DNA of 64,000 bases from the human T2T-CHM13v2.0 reference genome, Homo sapiens. The DNA lies in NCBI RefSeq assembly GCF_009914755.1, contig NC_060940.1, one strand, 5' to 3'. Below, piece after piece: positions 44,601 through 60,059 of this stretch. Every line of letters starts with the position of its first letter. Position 1 is the stretch's first letter. The translations under genes and the position numbers were made by a program. The notes under the pieces were generated by a model. It had not been told where the DNA came from and did not search any database. It saw nothing but the letters and a program-made list of their open reading frames with translations.

Positions 44601-47600
44601 TGATGATGATTACATTCGATTCCATTTGATGATTCCATCTGATTCTATTCGAGGATTCCATTTGATTCCATTCGATGATGATTCCATTCGAGTCCATTCG
44701 ATGATTTCATTCGAGTACATCCAATGATTCCATTCGTGTCCATTTGATGATTCCATTTGTTTCCATTTGATTATGATTCTACTAGAGTCCATTCAATGAC
44801 TCCATTCGAGTGCATTCAACAATTCCATTCGACTCCATTCGATGATTGCATTCGATTCCATTTGATGATTCCATTCGAGTCCATTTAATCATTACAGTCG
44901 AGTCCATTTGGTGATTCCACTGGATTTCTTTTGATAATGATACCATTCCATTACATTTGATGATGATCCCATTCAATTTCATTTGATGATGATTCCCTTA
45001 GAGTCCATTCGATGATTTCATTCGAGTCCTTTCATTGATTCCATCCGATTTCATTTGATGATGACTCCATTCGAGTCCATTCGATGATTCCACTCGATTC
45101 CATTAGATGATTCCATTGGAGTCCATTTCATTGTTCCATTCGATTCCATTCGATTCCTTTCGAAGATTATTCCATTTGAGTCCATTCGATGATGATTACA
45201 TTCCATTCCATTCGATGATTCCATTTGATTCCATTTGATGATTCCCTTCGATTCCTTTCTTTGATGACTGCATTCCATTCCATTCAATGTTTCCATTCGA
45301 ATCTATTCCATGATGATTCCTTTCGATTCCATTCGCTGATGTTTCCGTTCAATTCCATTCGATGATGATTCCATTCGATTCCATTCATTGAGGATTCCAT
45401 TTGATTCCATTCTATGATGATTCCGTTCTATTCCATTCAATGATTGCATTCAATTCCATTCAATGATTATCCCATTAGAGTAAACTCAACGATTCCATTC
45501 AATACCATTCGATGATGATTCCTTTTGAGTTCATTCAATGATTTCATTCAAGTCCATTTGATGATTCCTTTCAATTCCATTCTATGATGATTCCATTCGA
45601 GTCCATTCGATGATTCCATTCGATTGCATTCCATGATTCCATTATATTCCATTCAACGGTGATTCCATTCGAGTCCATTCGATGATTCCATTAGAGTACA
45701 TTTAATGATTGCTTTGTTTTCAATTCGAAGATGATTACATTCGATTCCATTCTATGATACCATTCGATTCCATTCAATGATGATTCCACTCAAATCCATT
45801 GGATGATTCCATTCGTGTCCATTCGGTGATTTCATTAGATTCCATTCGAGGATGATTCCTTTCGATTCCATTCGATGATTCCATTCAATTCCATTCGATG
45901 ATGATTCCATTCGAGTCCATATGATCATTCCATTTGATTTCATTCGATGATGATTCCATTCGATTCCATTCGATGATTCCATTCTATTCCTTTCGATGAT
46001 GATTCCATTCGAGTCCATTCGATGATTCCATTCGAGTCCATTTAATGATTCCATTGGGTTCAATTCGATGATGATTACATTGGATTCCGTTCTATGATTC
46101 CATTCAATTCCGTTCATTGACAATTTGATTCCATTCGATGATGATTCCATTTGAGTTCATTCGATGATTCTATTCGATTCTCTTCGATGGTGATTCAATT
46201 ATATTATATTGGATGATGCCATTCGATTCCATTTGATGTTGATTCAATTCGATTCTATTCGATGATGATTCCATTGGATTTCACTTGATGATTCTATTCG
46301 ATTCCATTCAATGATGATTCACTTCTCGTCCATTGGATGGTTCCATTTCATTCCATTCGATGATGATTCCATTCGATTCCATTCGATGATTCCATTTGAT
46401 TCCATTCGACGGTGACCAATTCGATTCAATTCCATGATGATTCTATTTGATTCAATTAGATGATGTTTCCATTCGAATCCATTCCATGATTATTCCATTG
46501 GAATCCATTCGGCGATGATTCCATATGAGTCAATTCAATGATGATTCCATATGGGTCCGTTCGATGATAATTCCATTTGATTTCATTCGATGCTTCTATT
46601 CAATTCCAGTTGATGATGATTCCGTTGGAGTCCATACGATGATTCCATTTGATTTCATTTGATGATGATTCCATTCGATTCCATTCGATGATGATTACAT
46701 TGGATTCCATTCTATGATTCCATTCAATTCCATTCGTTGATGATTCGATTCCATTCAATGATGATTCCATTTGAGTTCATTCGATGATTCTATTCGATTC
46801 CGTTCGATGGTGATTCAATTCTCTTATATTGGATGATTCCACTCGATTCCATTTGATGATTATTCCATTGGAGTCCACTTAGTGAATCCTTTAGATTCTA
46901 CTCGAAGATGATTCCATTCGAGTCCATTCGATGGTACCATTCAATTCCATTCGTTGATGCTTCCATTCAAGTGCATTCGATGATATCATTCGATTCCATT
47001 TGATGATAATTCCATTTGATTCCATGCGATGATTCTATTCGATTCCATTCAATGATAATTCCATTCAATTCAGTGATTCCTCTGGACTCCATTTGATGAT
47101 GATTCCATTCAATGATTCCATTCGATTCTATTCGAAAATGATTCCATTTGAATCCATTTGATGATGATTCCATTAGATTCCATTTGATGATTCTATTCGA
47201 TTCCATTCGACGATGATTCCATTCGATTCCATTTGATGATTCCATTCTATTCTATTCGATGATGATTCCATTCGATTCCATTCGATGATGATTGGATTCG
47301 ATTCCATTTGATGATTTCATTTGATTCCATTCGATAATGATTTTGATCAATTCCATTCGATGATTCCATTCGATTCCATTCGATAATGATTACATCCGAG
47401 TCCATTCGATGATTCCATTTGAGCCCGTTCGATAATTCCATTTGAGTCCAATCAATGATTGCATTCATTTCCATTCAATGATTCCATTCGAGTCCATTTG
47501 ATCATTCCGGTAGGGTCCGTTCGATGTTGATTCCATTGGAGTGCATTCGATGATTCCATTCGAGTCCAATTTATGATTTGGTTCGAGTCCTTTCGATGAT

Positions 47601-47815
47601 TCCATTCGATTCCACTCGATGATGATTTCATTCGAGTCCATTCGACACTTCCAATCGATTCCATTTGATGTTTCCTTTCGAGTCCAATTGATGATTCCAT
47701 TCAATTCCATTCGATGATGATTCCGTACGATTCCACTCTGTGATGATTCCAAGTGATTGCATTCAATGATGATTCCTTTCGATTGCATTCGATTATGATT
47801 CATTTCGTGTTCATT
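41694..47815 (+). repeat. HSat2 higher-order unit 8 (6122 bp)
   Basis: Paralogous ORFs at 41775 and 47897; the ORF set recurs at exactly +6122. Confidence 0.9.
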
Positions 47816-50800
47816 CTATGGTTCCACAGGTTTCCATTCGTGTCCATTCCATTATTCCATTCTATTCCATTTGATGATGATTCCATTCGATTCCATTCAT
47901 TGGTGATTCCACTCAATTCCATTCAATGATTCCATTCCATTTCTTTCAACAATGATTCCATTAGTTTCTAATCGATGATCCACTTGATTCCATTTGACGA
48001 CGATTCCATTCTTGTCCATTCGATGATTCCATTTGATTCCATATGATGATGATTCCATTCGATTCCATACCATGATGATTCCATTCGAGTCCATTCAATG
48101 GTGATTCCATTCAATTCCATTCGATGATTCCTTTCGGTTCCATTCAATGATGATGGCATTCGATTCCTTTCAATCATTCCCTTTGATTCCATTGAAAGGT
48201 GATTTCATTCAAGTCCATTCGATAATTGCATTCGATTCCATTCTATGATGATTCCATTCGAGTCCATTTGATGATTCCATTCAATTCAAGTCAATGATGA
48301 TTCCATTCAATTCCATTCGACGATTCCATTGGATTCCATTCGATGATGATTCCATTCAAATCCATTCGATAATTCAATTCAAGTCCATTCGATGATGATT
48401 CCAATCGAATCCATTCAAAGATTCCATTCTGTTCCATTCGATGATTCCCTTAGATTCCATTCGATGATTCCACTTGATTGCATTTACGATGATTCCATTC
48501 GATTCCATGTGATGATTCCATTCAATTCTATTCAATGATGTCTCCATTTGATTCCATTCGACCATGATTGCCTTTGATTCCATTCAATGATTCCATTCGG
48601 TTCCGTTTGATGATGATTCCGTTCGATTCCATTTGATGATTCCATTTGATTCCATTGGATGAGTCCATTCGATTACACTCGATGATTATTCCATTCGAGT
48701 GCATTAGATGATTCCATTCGAGTCCATTCGATGATTCCATTCGATTCCATTCGATGTTGATTCTGTTCAAATCCATTCGATGATTCCACTCGATTCCATT
48801 CGTTGACTCCATTTGATCCCATTCGATGATTTCCTTTGATTCCCTTTGATGATCATTCCATTTGATTCAATTCGGTGATTTCATTTGATTCCATTCAGTG
48901 ATGTTTCCATTCGACTCCATTCGATGATGATTCCATTCGACTCCATTCGATTATGATTTCATTCAATTCCATTCGATAATGATTCCCTTCGAGTCCATTC
49001 GATGATTCCATTCGATTCCATTCAACGATGATTTGATTCGTGTCCATTCGATGATTCCATTTGATTCCACTTGACGATGATTCCATTCGAGTCCATTTGA
49101 TGATTCCATTCAATTCCATACTCCGATGATTTCTTTTGAGCCCACTCAATGCTTCCACTCGATTCCATATGATGATGACTCCATTCGATGAAATTCGATG
49201 ATGATTCCATTCGCTTGCTTTCGATGATGATTCCACTTGAGTCCGTTAGAAGATTCTATTCAATTACATTCCATGACGATTCCGTTCGAGTCCATTTGAT
49301 GATTCCATTAGACTCCATTCGACGATGATTCCATTCGATGTTATTCCATGATTCCATTCGATCTCATTCGATGATGATTCCATTCAACTCCATTCGATGT
49401 TTCCATTCGAGTTCATTCTATTATTCCATTAGATTCCATTCGATGATGATTCCATTCGATTCCATTTGATGATTGCATTCTATTTCATTTGATGATGATT
49501 CCATTCGAGTCCACTCGATGATTCCATTCGAGTCCATTTAATGAATCCATTGGTTTCAATTCTATGATGATTACATTGGATTCCATTCGTTGATGAATTC
49601 ATTCGGCTCCATTCAATGATGATTCCATTCAATTCCTTTCAATGTTTCCATTCAATTCCATACGATGATGATTCCATTTGATTTGATTCGACAGTGAGCC
49701 ATTCGATTCAATTCCATGATGATTCTATTTGATTCAATTGGTTGACATTTCCATTCGATTCCATTCGATGATGATTCCCTTTGATTCCGTTCAAAGATGA
49801 TTCCATTCTAGCCCATTCAATCATTCCATTCGATTCTATTCAATGATGATTCCATTCATGTCGATTTGGTGATTCCATTTGACTTCATTTGATGATGATT
49901 CCTTTCAAGTTCATTAGATGATTCCATTCGATTCCATTTGATGATGATCCCATTCGAGTCCATTCAGTGATTCCATTCGTTTCCATTCCATGATGATTCC
50001 ATTCCTTTCCATTCAATGATTCCATTCGATTCCGTTTGATGATGATTTCATTCGAGTCCATTTGATGATTCCATTTGATTCCATTCGATGATGATTCCAT
50101 TCGAGTCCATTCGATGATTCTATTCGAATCCATTTGATGATTTCTTTTGATTATATTTGGTGATGATTCCATTGGAGTCCATTCAATGATTCCATTCGAT
50201 TCCAATTGATGATGATTCCATTAGAGTCCATTTAATGATTCCATTTGATTCCAGTCTCTGATGATTACATTCGAGTCCATACGATGATTCCACTCAATTC
50301 CATATGATGATGATTCCATTCGATTCCATTCGATGATTCCATTCTATTCTATTCAATGGTGATTCCATTCGAGTACATTAGATGATTCCATTCGATTCCA
50401 TTCAATGATGATTCTATTTGTGTCCCTTAGATGATTCCACATGATTCCATTACATGATGATACTATTTGAGCCCATCCAATGATTCCCTTCGATTCCATT
50501 CGATGAGGATTCCATTCGATTCAATTCATTGGTGATTCTATTCAATTCAATTCTTTGATTCCATTCCATTCCATTCGACAATGATTCCATTCGATTTCTT
50601 TCGATGATTCCACTCGATTCCACTTGACATTGATTCCATTCGATTCCATTCAATGATTCCATTTGATTCCAGTGGATGATGATTGCCATCGATTCCATTC
50701 GATCACTCCATTCTATTCCATTTGATGATGATTACATTCGATTCCATTTGATGATTCCATCTGATTCTATTCGAGGATTCCATTTGATTCCATTCGATGA

Positions 50801-53800
50801 TGATTCCATTCGAGTCCATTCGATGATTTCATTCGAGTACATCCAATGATTCCATTCGTGTCCATTTGATGATTCCATTTGTTTCCATTTGATTATGATT
50901 CTACTAGAGTCCATTCAATGACTCCATTCGAGTGCATTCAACAATTCCATTCGACTCCATTCGATGATTGCATTCGATTCCATTTGATGATTCCATTCGA
51001 GTCCATTTAATCATTACAGTCGAGTCCATTTGGTGATTCCACTGGATTTCTTTTGATAATGATACCATTCCATTACATTTGATGATGATCCCATTCAATT
51101 TCATTTGATGATGATTCCCTTAGAGTCCATTCGATGATTTCATTCGAGTCCTTTCATTGATTCCATCCGATTTCATTTGATGATGACTCCATTCGAGTCC
51201 ATTCGATGATTCCACTCGATTCCATTAGATGATTCCATTGGAGTCCATTTCATTGTTCCATTCGATTCCATTCGATTCCTTTCGAAGATTATTCCATTTG
51301 AGTCCATTCGATGATGATTACATTCCATTCCATTCGATGATTCCATTTGATTCCATTTGATGATTCCCTTCGATTCCTTTCTTTGATGACTGCATTCCAT
51401 TCCATTCAATGTTTCCATTCGAATCTATTCCATGATGATTCCTTTCGATTCCATTCGCTGATGTTTCCGTTCAATTCCATTCGATGATGATTCCATTCGA
51501 TTCCATTCATTGAGGATTCCATTTGATTCCATTCTATGATGATTCCGTTCTATTCCATTCAATGATTGCATTCAATTCCATTCAATGATTATCCCATTAG
51601 AGTAAACTCAACGATTCCATTCAATACCATTCGATGATGATTCCTTTTGAGTTCATTCAATGATTTCATTCAAGTCCATTTGATGATTCCTTTCAATTCC
51701 ATTCTATGATGATTCCATTCGAGTCCATTCGATGATTCCATTCGATTGCATTCCATGATTCCATTATATTCCATTCAACGGTGATTCCATTCGAGTCCAT
51801 TCGATGATTCCATTAGAGTACATTTAATGATTGCTTTGTTTTCAATTCGAAGATGATTACATTCGATTCCATTCTATGATACCATTCGATTCCATTCAAT
51901 GATGATTCCACTCAAATCCATTGGATGATTCCATTCGTGTCCATTCGGTGATTTCATTAGATTCCATTCGAGGATGATTCCTTTCGATTCCATTCGATGA
52001 TTCCATTCAATTCCATTCGATGATGATTCCATTCGAGTCCATATGATCATTCCATTTGATTTCATTCGATGATGATTCCATTCGATTCCATTCGATGATT
52101 CCATTCTATTCCTTTCGATGATGATTCCATTCGAGTCCATTCGATGATTCCATTCGAGTCCATTTAATGATTCCATTGGGTTCAATTCGATGATGATTAC
52201 ATTGGATTCCGTTCTATGATTCCATTCAATTCCGTTCATTGACAATTTGATTCCATTCGATGATGATTCCATTTGAGTTCATTCGATGATTCTATTCGAT
52301 TCTCTTCGATGGTGATTCAATTATATTATATTGGATGATGCCATTCGATTCCATTTGATGTTGATTCAATTCGATTCTATTCGATGATGATTCCATTGGA
52401 TTTCACTTGATGATTCTATTCGATTCCATTCAATGATGATTCACTTCTCGTCCATTGGATGGTTCCATTTCATTCCATTCGATGATGATTCCATTCGATT
52501 CCATTCGATGATTCCATTTGATTCCATTCGACGGTGACCAATTCGATTCAATTCCATGATGATTCTATTTGATTCAATTAGATGATGTTTCCATTCGAAT
52601 CCATTCCATGATTATTCCATTGGAATCCATTCGGCGATGATTCCATATGAGTCAATTCAATGATGATTCCATATGGGTCCGTTCGATGATAATTCCATTT
52701 GATTTCATTCGATGCTTCTATTCAATTCCAGTTGATGATGATTCCGTTGGAGTCCATACGATGATTCCATTTGATTTCATTTGATGATGATTCCATTCGA
52801 TTCCATTCGATGATGATTACATTGGATTCCATTCTATGATTCCATTCAATTCCATTCGTTGATGATTCGATTCCATTCAATGATGATTCCATTTGAGTTC
52901 ATTCGATGATTCTATTCGATTCCGTTCGATGGTGATTCAATTCTCTTATATTGGATGATTCCACTCGATTCCATTTGATGATTATTCCATTGGAGTCCAC
53001 TTAGTGAATCCTTTAGATTCTACTCGAAGATGATTCCATTCGAGTCCATTCGATGGTACCATTCAATTCCATTCGTTGATGCTTCCATTCAAGTGCATTC
53101 GATGATATCATTCGATTCCATTTGATGATAATTCCATTTGATTCCATGCGATGATTCTATTCGATTCCATTCAATGATAATTCCATTCAATTCAGTGATT
53201 CCTCTGGACTCCATTTGATGATGATTCCATTCAATGATTCCATTCGATTCTATTCGAAAATGATTCCATTTGAATCCATTTGATGATGATTCCATTAGAT
53301 TCCATTTGATGATTCTATTCGATTCCATTCGACGATGATTCCATTCGATTCCATTTGATGATTCCATTCTATTCTATTCGATGATGATTCCATTCGATTC
53401 CATTCGATGATGATTGGATTCGATTCCATTTGATGATTTCATTTGATTCCATTCGATAATGATTTTGATCAATTCCATTCGATGATTCCATTCGATTCCA
53501 TTCGATAATGATTACATCCGAGTCCATTCGATGATTCCATTTGAGCCCGTTCGATAATTCCATTTGAGTCCAATCAATGATTGCATTCATTTCCATTCAA
53601 TGATTCCATTCGAGTCCATTTGATCATTCCGGTAGGGTCCGTTCGATGTTGATTCCATTGGAGTGCATTCGATGATTCCATTCGAGTCCAATTTATGATT
53701 TGGTTCGAGTCCTTTCGATGATTCCATTCGATTCCACTCGATGATGATTTCATTCGAGTCCATTCGACACTTCCAATCGATTCCATTTGATGTTTCCTTT

Positions 53801-53937
53801 CGAGTCCAATTGATGATTCCATTCAATTCCATTCGATGATGATTCCGTACGATTCCACTCTGTGATGATTCCAAGTGATTGCATTCAATGATGATTCCTT
53901 TCGATTGCATTCGATTATGATTCATTTCGTGTTCATT
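47816..53937 (+). repeat. HSat2 higher-order unit 9 (6122 bp)
   Basis: Paralogous ORFs at 47897 and 54019 with near-identical translations. Confidence 0.9.
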
Positions 53938-56900
53938 CTATGGTTCCACAGGTTTCCATTCGTGTCCATTCCATTATTCCATTCTATTCCATTTGATGAT
54001 GATTCCATTCGATTCCATTCATTGGTGATTCCACTCAATTCCATTCAATGATTCCATTCCATTTCTTTCAACAATGATTCCATTAGTTTCTAATCGATGA
54101 TCCACTTGATTCCATTTGACGACGATTCCATTCTTGTCCATTCGATGATTCCATTTGATTCCATATGATGATGATTCCATTCGATTCCATACCATGATGA
54201 TTCCATTCGAGTCCATTCAATGGTGATTCCATTCAATTCCATTCGATGATTCCTTTCGATTCCATTCAATGATGATGGCATTCGATTCCTTTCAATCATT
54301 CCCTTTGATTCCATTGAAAGGTGATTTCATTCAAGTCCATTCGATAATTGCATTCGATTCCATTCTATGATGATTCCATTCGAGTCCATTTGATGATTCC
54401 ATTCAATTCAAGTCAATGATGATTCCATTCAATTCCATTCGACGATTCCATTGGATTCCATTCGATGATGATTCCATTCAAATCCATTCGATAATTCAAT
54501 TCAAGTCCATTCGATGATGATTCCAATCGAATCCATTCAAAGATTCCATTCTGTTCCATTCGATGATTCCCTTAGATTCCATTCGATGATTCCACTTGAT
54601 TGCATTTACGATGATTCCATTCGATTCCATGTGATGATTCCATTCAATTCTATTCAATGATGTCTCCATTTGATTCCATTCGACCATGATTGCCTTTGAT
54701 TCCATTCAATGATTCCATTCGGTTCCGTTTGATGATGATTCCGTTCGATTCCATTTGATGATTCCATTTGATTCCATTGGATGAGTCCATTCGATTACAC
54801 TCGATGATTATTCCATTCGAGTGCATTAGATGATTCCATTCGAGTCCATTCGATGATTCCATTCGATTCCATTCGATGTTGATTCTGTTCAAATCCATTC
54901 GATGATTCCACTCGATTCCATTCGTTGACTCCATTTGATCCCATTCGATGATTTCCTTTGATTCCCTTTGATGATCATTCCATTTGATTCAATTCGGTGA
55001 TTTCATTTGATTCCATTCAGTGATGTTTCCATTCGACTCCATTCGATGATGATTCCATTCGACTCCATTCGATTATGATTTCATTCAATTCCATTCGATA
55101 ATGATTCCCTTCGAGTCCATTCGATGATTCCATTCGATTCCATTCAACGATGATTTGATTCGTGTCCATTCGATGATTCCATTTGATTCCACTTGACGAT
55201 GATTCCATTCGAGTCCATTTGATGATTCCATTCAATTCCATACTCCGATGATTTCTTTTGAGCCCACTCAATGCTTCCACTCGATTCCATATGATGATGA
55301 CTCCATTCGATGAAATTCGATGATGATTCCATTCGCTTGCTTTCGATGATGATTCCACTTGAGTCCGTTAGAAGATTCTATTCAATTACATTCCATGACG
55401 ATTCCGTTCGAGTCCATTTGATGATTCCATTAGACTCCATTCGACGATGATTCCATTCGATGTTATTCGATGATTCCATTCGATCTCATTCGATGATGAT
55501 TCCATTCAACTCCATTCGATGTTTCCATTCGAGTTCATTCTATTATTCCATTAGATTCCATTCGATGATGATTCCATTCGATTCCATTTGATGATTGCAT
55601 TCTATTTCATTTGATGATGATTCCATTCGAGTCCACTCGATGATTCCATTCGAGTCCATTTAATGAATCCATTGGTTTCAATTCTATGATGATTACATTG
55701 GATTCCATTCGTTGATGAATTCATTCGGCTCCATTCAATGATGATTCCATTCAATTCCTTTCAATGTTTCCATTCAATTCCATACGATGATGATTCCATT
55801 TGATTTGATTCGACAGTGAGCCATTCGATTCAATTCCATGATGATTCTATTTGATTCAATTGGTTGACATTTCCATTCGATTCCATTCGATGATGATTCC
55901 CTTTGATTCCGTTCAAAGATGATTCCATTCTAGCCCATTCAATCATTCCATTCGATTCTATTCAATGATGATTCCATTCATGTCGATTTGGTGATTCCAT
56001 TTGACTTCATTTGATGATGATTCCTTTCAAGTTCATTAGATGATTCCATTCGATTCCATTTGATGATGATCCCATTCGAGTCCATTCAGTGATTCCATTC
56101 GTTTCCATTCCATGATGATTCCATTCCTTTCCATTCAATGATTCCATTCGATTCCGTTTGATGATGATTTCATTCGAGTCCATTTGATGATTCCATTTGA
56201 TTCCATTCGATGATGATTCCATTCGAGTCCATTCGATGATTCTATTCGAATCCATTTGATGATTTCTTTTGATTATATTTGGTGATGATTCCATTGGAGT
56301 CCATTCAATGATTCCATTCGATTCCAATTGATGATGATTCCATTAGAGTCCATTTAATGATTCCATTTGATTCCAGTCTCTGATGATTACATTCGAGTCC
56401 ATACGATGATTCCACTCAATTCCATATGATGATGATTCCATTCGATTCCATTCGATGATTCCATTCTATTCTATTCAATGGTGATTCCATTCGAGTACAT
56501 TAGATGATTCCATTCGATTCCATTCAATGATGATTCTATTTGTGTCCCTTAGATGATTCCACATGATTCCATTACATGATGATACTATTTGAGCCCATCC
56601 AATGATTCCCTTCGATTCCATTCGATGAGGATTCCATTCGATTCAATTCATTGGTGATTCTATTCAATTCAATTCTTTGATTCCATTCCATTCCATTCGA
56701 CAATGATTCCATTCGATTTCTTTCGATGATTCCACTCGATTCCACTTGACATTGATTCCATTCGATTCCATTCAATGATTCCATTTGATTCCAGTGGATG
56801 ATGATTGCCATCGATTCCATTCGATCACTCCATTCTATTCCATTTGATGATGATTACATTCGATTCCATTTGATGATTCCATCTGATTCTATTCGAGGAT

Positions 56901-59900
56901 TCCATTTGATTCCATTCGATGATGATTCCATTCGAGTCCATTCGATGATTTCATTCGAGTACATCCAATGATTCCATTCGTGTCCATTTGATGATTCCAT
57001 TTGTTTCCATTTGATTATGATTATACTAGAGTCCATTCAATGACTCCATTCGAGTGCATTCAACAATTCCATTCGACTCCATTCGATGATTGCATTCGAT
57101 TCCATTTGATGATTCCATTCGAGTCCATTTAATCATTACAGTCGAGTCCATTTGGTGATTCCACTGGATTTCTTTTGATAATGATACCATTCCATTACAT
57201 TTGATGATGATCCCATTCAATTTCATTTGATGATGTTTCCCTTAGAGTCCATTCGATGATTTCATTCGAGTCCTTTCATTGATTCCATCCGATTTCATTT
57301 GATGATGACTCCATTCGAGTCCATTCGATGATTCCACTCGATTCCATTAGATGATTCCATTGGAGTCCATTTCATTGTTCCATTCGATTCCATTCGATTC
57401 CTTTCGAAGATTATTCCATTTGAGTCCATTCGATGATGATTACATTCCATTCCATTCGATGATTCCATTTGATTCCATTTGATGATTCCCTTCGATTCCT
57501 TTCTTTGATGACTGCATTCCATTCCATTCAATGTTTCCATTCGAATCTATTCCATGATGATTCCTTTCGATTCCATTCGCTGATGTTTCCGTTCAATTCC
57601 ATTCGATGATGATTCCATTCGATTCCATTCATTGAGGATTCCATTTGATTCCATTCTATGATGATTCCGTTCTATTCCATTCAATGATTGCATTCAATTC
57701 CATTCAATGATTATCCCATTAGAGTAAACTCAACGATTCCATTCAATACCATTCGATGATGATTCCTTTTGAGTTCATTCAATGATTTCATTCAAGTCCA
57801 TTTGATGATTCCTTTCAATTCCATTCTATGATGATTCCATTCGAGTCCATTCGATGATTCCATTCGATTGCATTCGATGATTCCATTATATTCCATTCAA
57901 CGGTGATTCCATTCGAGTCCATTCGATGATTCCATTAGAGTACATTTAATGATTGCTTTGTTTTCAATTCGAAGATGATTACATTCGATTCCATTCTATG
58001 ATACCATTCGATTCCATTCAATGATGATTCCACTCAAATCCATTGGATGATTCCATTCGTGTCCATTCGGTGATTTCATTAGATTCCATTCGAGGATGAT
58101 TCCTTTCGATTCCATTCGATGATTCCATTCAATTCCATTCGATGATGATTCCATTCGAGTCCATATGATCATTCCATTTGATTTCATTCGATGATGATTC
58201 CATTCGATTCCATTCGATGATTCCATTCTATTCCTTTCGATGATGATTCCATTCGAGTCCATTCGATGATTCCATTCGAGTCCATTTAATGATTCCATTG
58301 GGTTCAATTCGATGATGATTACATTGGATTCCGTTCTATGATTCCATTCAATTCCGTTCATTGACAATTTGATTCCATTCGATGATGATTCCATTTGAGT
58401 TCATTCGATGATTCTATTCGATTCTCTTCGATGGTGATTCAATTATATTATATTGGATGATGCCATTCGATTCCATTTGATGTTGATTCAATTCGATTCT
58501 ATTCGATGATGATTCCATTGGATTTCACTTGATGATTCTATTCGATTCCATTCAATGATGATTCACTTCTCGTCCATTGGATGGTTCCATTTCATTCCAT
58601 TCGATGATGATTCCATTCGATTCCATTCGATGATTCCATTTGATTCCATTCGACGGTGACCAATTCGATTCAATTCCATGATGATTCTATTTGATTCAAT
58701 TAGATGATGTTTCCATTCGAATCCATTCCATGATTATTCCATTGGAATCCATTCGGCGATGATTCCATATGAGTCAATTCAATGATGATTCCATATGGGT
58801 CCGTTCGATGATAATTCCATTTGATTTCATTCGATGCTTCTATTCAATTCCAGTTGATGATGATTCCGTTGGAGTCCATACGATGATTCCATTTGATTTC
58901 ATTTGATGATGATTCCATTCGATTCCATTCGATGATGATTACATTGGATTCCATTCTATGATTCCATTCAATTCCATTCGTTGATGATTCGATTCCATTC
59001 AATGATGATTCCATTTGAGTTCATTCGATGATTCTATTCGATTCCGTTCGATGGTGATTCAATTCTCTTATATTGGATGATTCCACTCGATTCCATTTGA
59101 TGATTATTCCATTGGAGTCCACTTAGTGAATCCTTTAGATTCTACTCGAAGATGATTCCATTCGAGTCCATTCGATGGTACCATTCAATTCCATTCGTTG
59201 ATGCTTCCATTCAAGTGCATTCGATGATATCATTCGATTCCATTTGATGATAATTCCATTTGATTCCATGCGATGATTCTATTCGATTCCATTCAATGAT
59301 AATTCCATTCAATTCAGTGATTCCTCTGGACTCCATTTGATGATGATTCCATTCAATGATTCCATTCGATTCTATTCGAAAATGATTCCATTTGAATCCA
59401 TTTGATGATGATTCCATTAGATTCCATTTGATGATTCTATTCGATTCCATTCGACGATGATTCCATTCGATTCCATTTGATGATTCCATTATATTCTATT
59501 CGATGATGATTCCATTCGATTCCATTCGATGATGATTGGATTCGATTCCATTTGATGATTTCATTTGATTCCATTCGATAATGATTTTGATCAATTCCAT
59601 TCGATGATTCCATTCGATTCCATTCGATAATGATTACATCCGAGTCCATTCGATGATTCCATTTGAGCCCGTTCGATAATTCCATTTGAGTCCAATCAAT
59701 GATTGCATTCATTTCCATTCAATGATTCCATTCGAGTCCATTTGATCATTCCGGTAGGGTCCGTTCGATGTTGATTCCATTGGAGTGCATTCGATGATTC
59801 CATTCGAGTCCAATTTATGATTTGGTTCGAGTCCTTTCGATGATTCCATTCGATTCCACTCGATGATGATTTCATTCGAGTCCATTCGACACTTCCAATC

Positions 59901-60059
59901 GATTCCATTTGATGTTTCCTTTCGAGTCCAATTGATGATTCCATTCAATTCCATTCGATGATGATTCCGTACGATTCCACTCTGTGATGATTCCAAGTGA
60001 TTGCATTCAATGATGATTCCTTTCGATTGCATTCGATTATGATTCATTTCGTGTTCATT
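53938..60059 (+). repeat. HSat2 higher-order unit 10 (6122 bp)
   Basis: Paralogous ORFs at 54019 and 60141. Confidence 0.9.
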
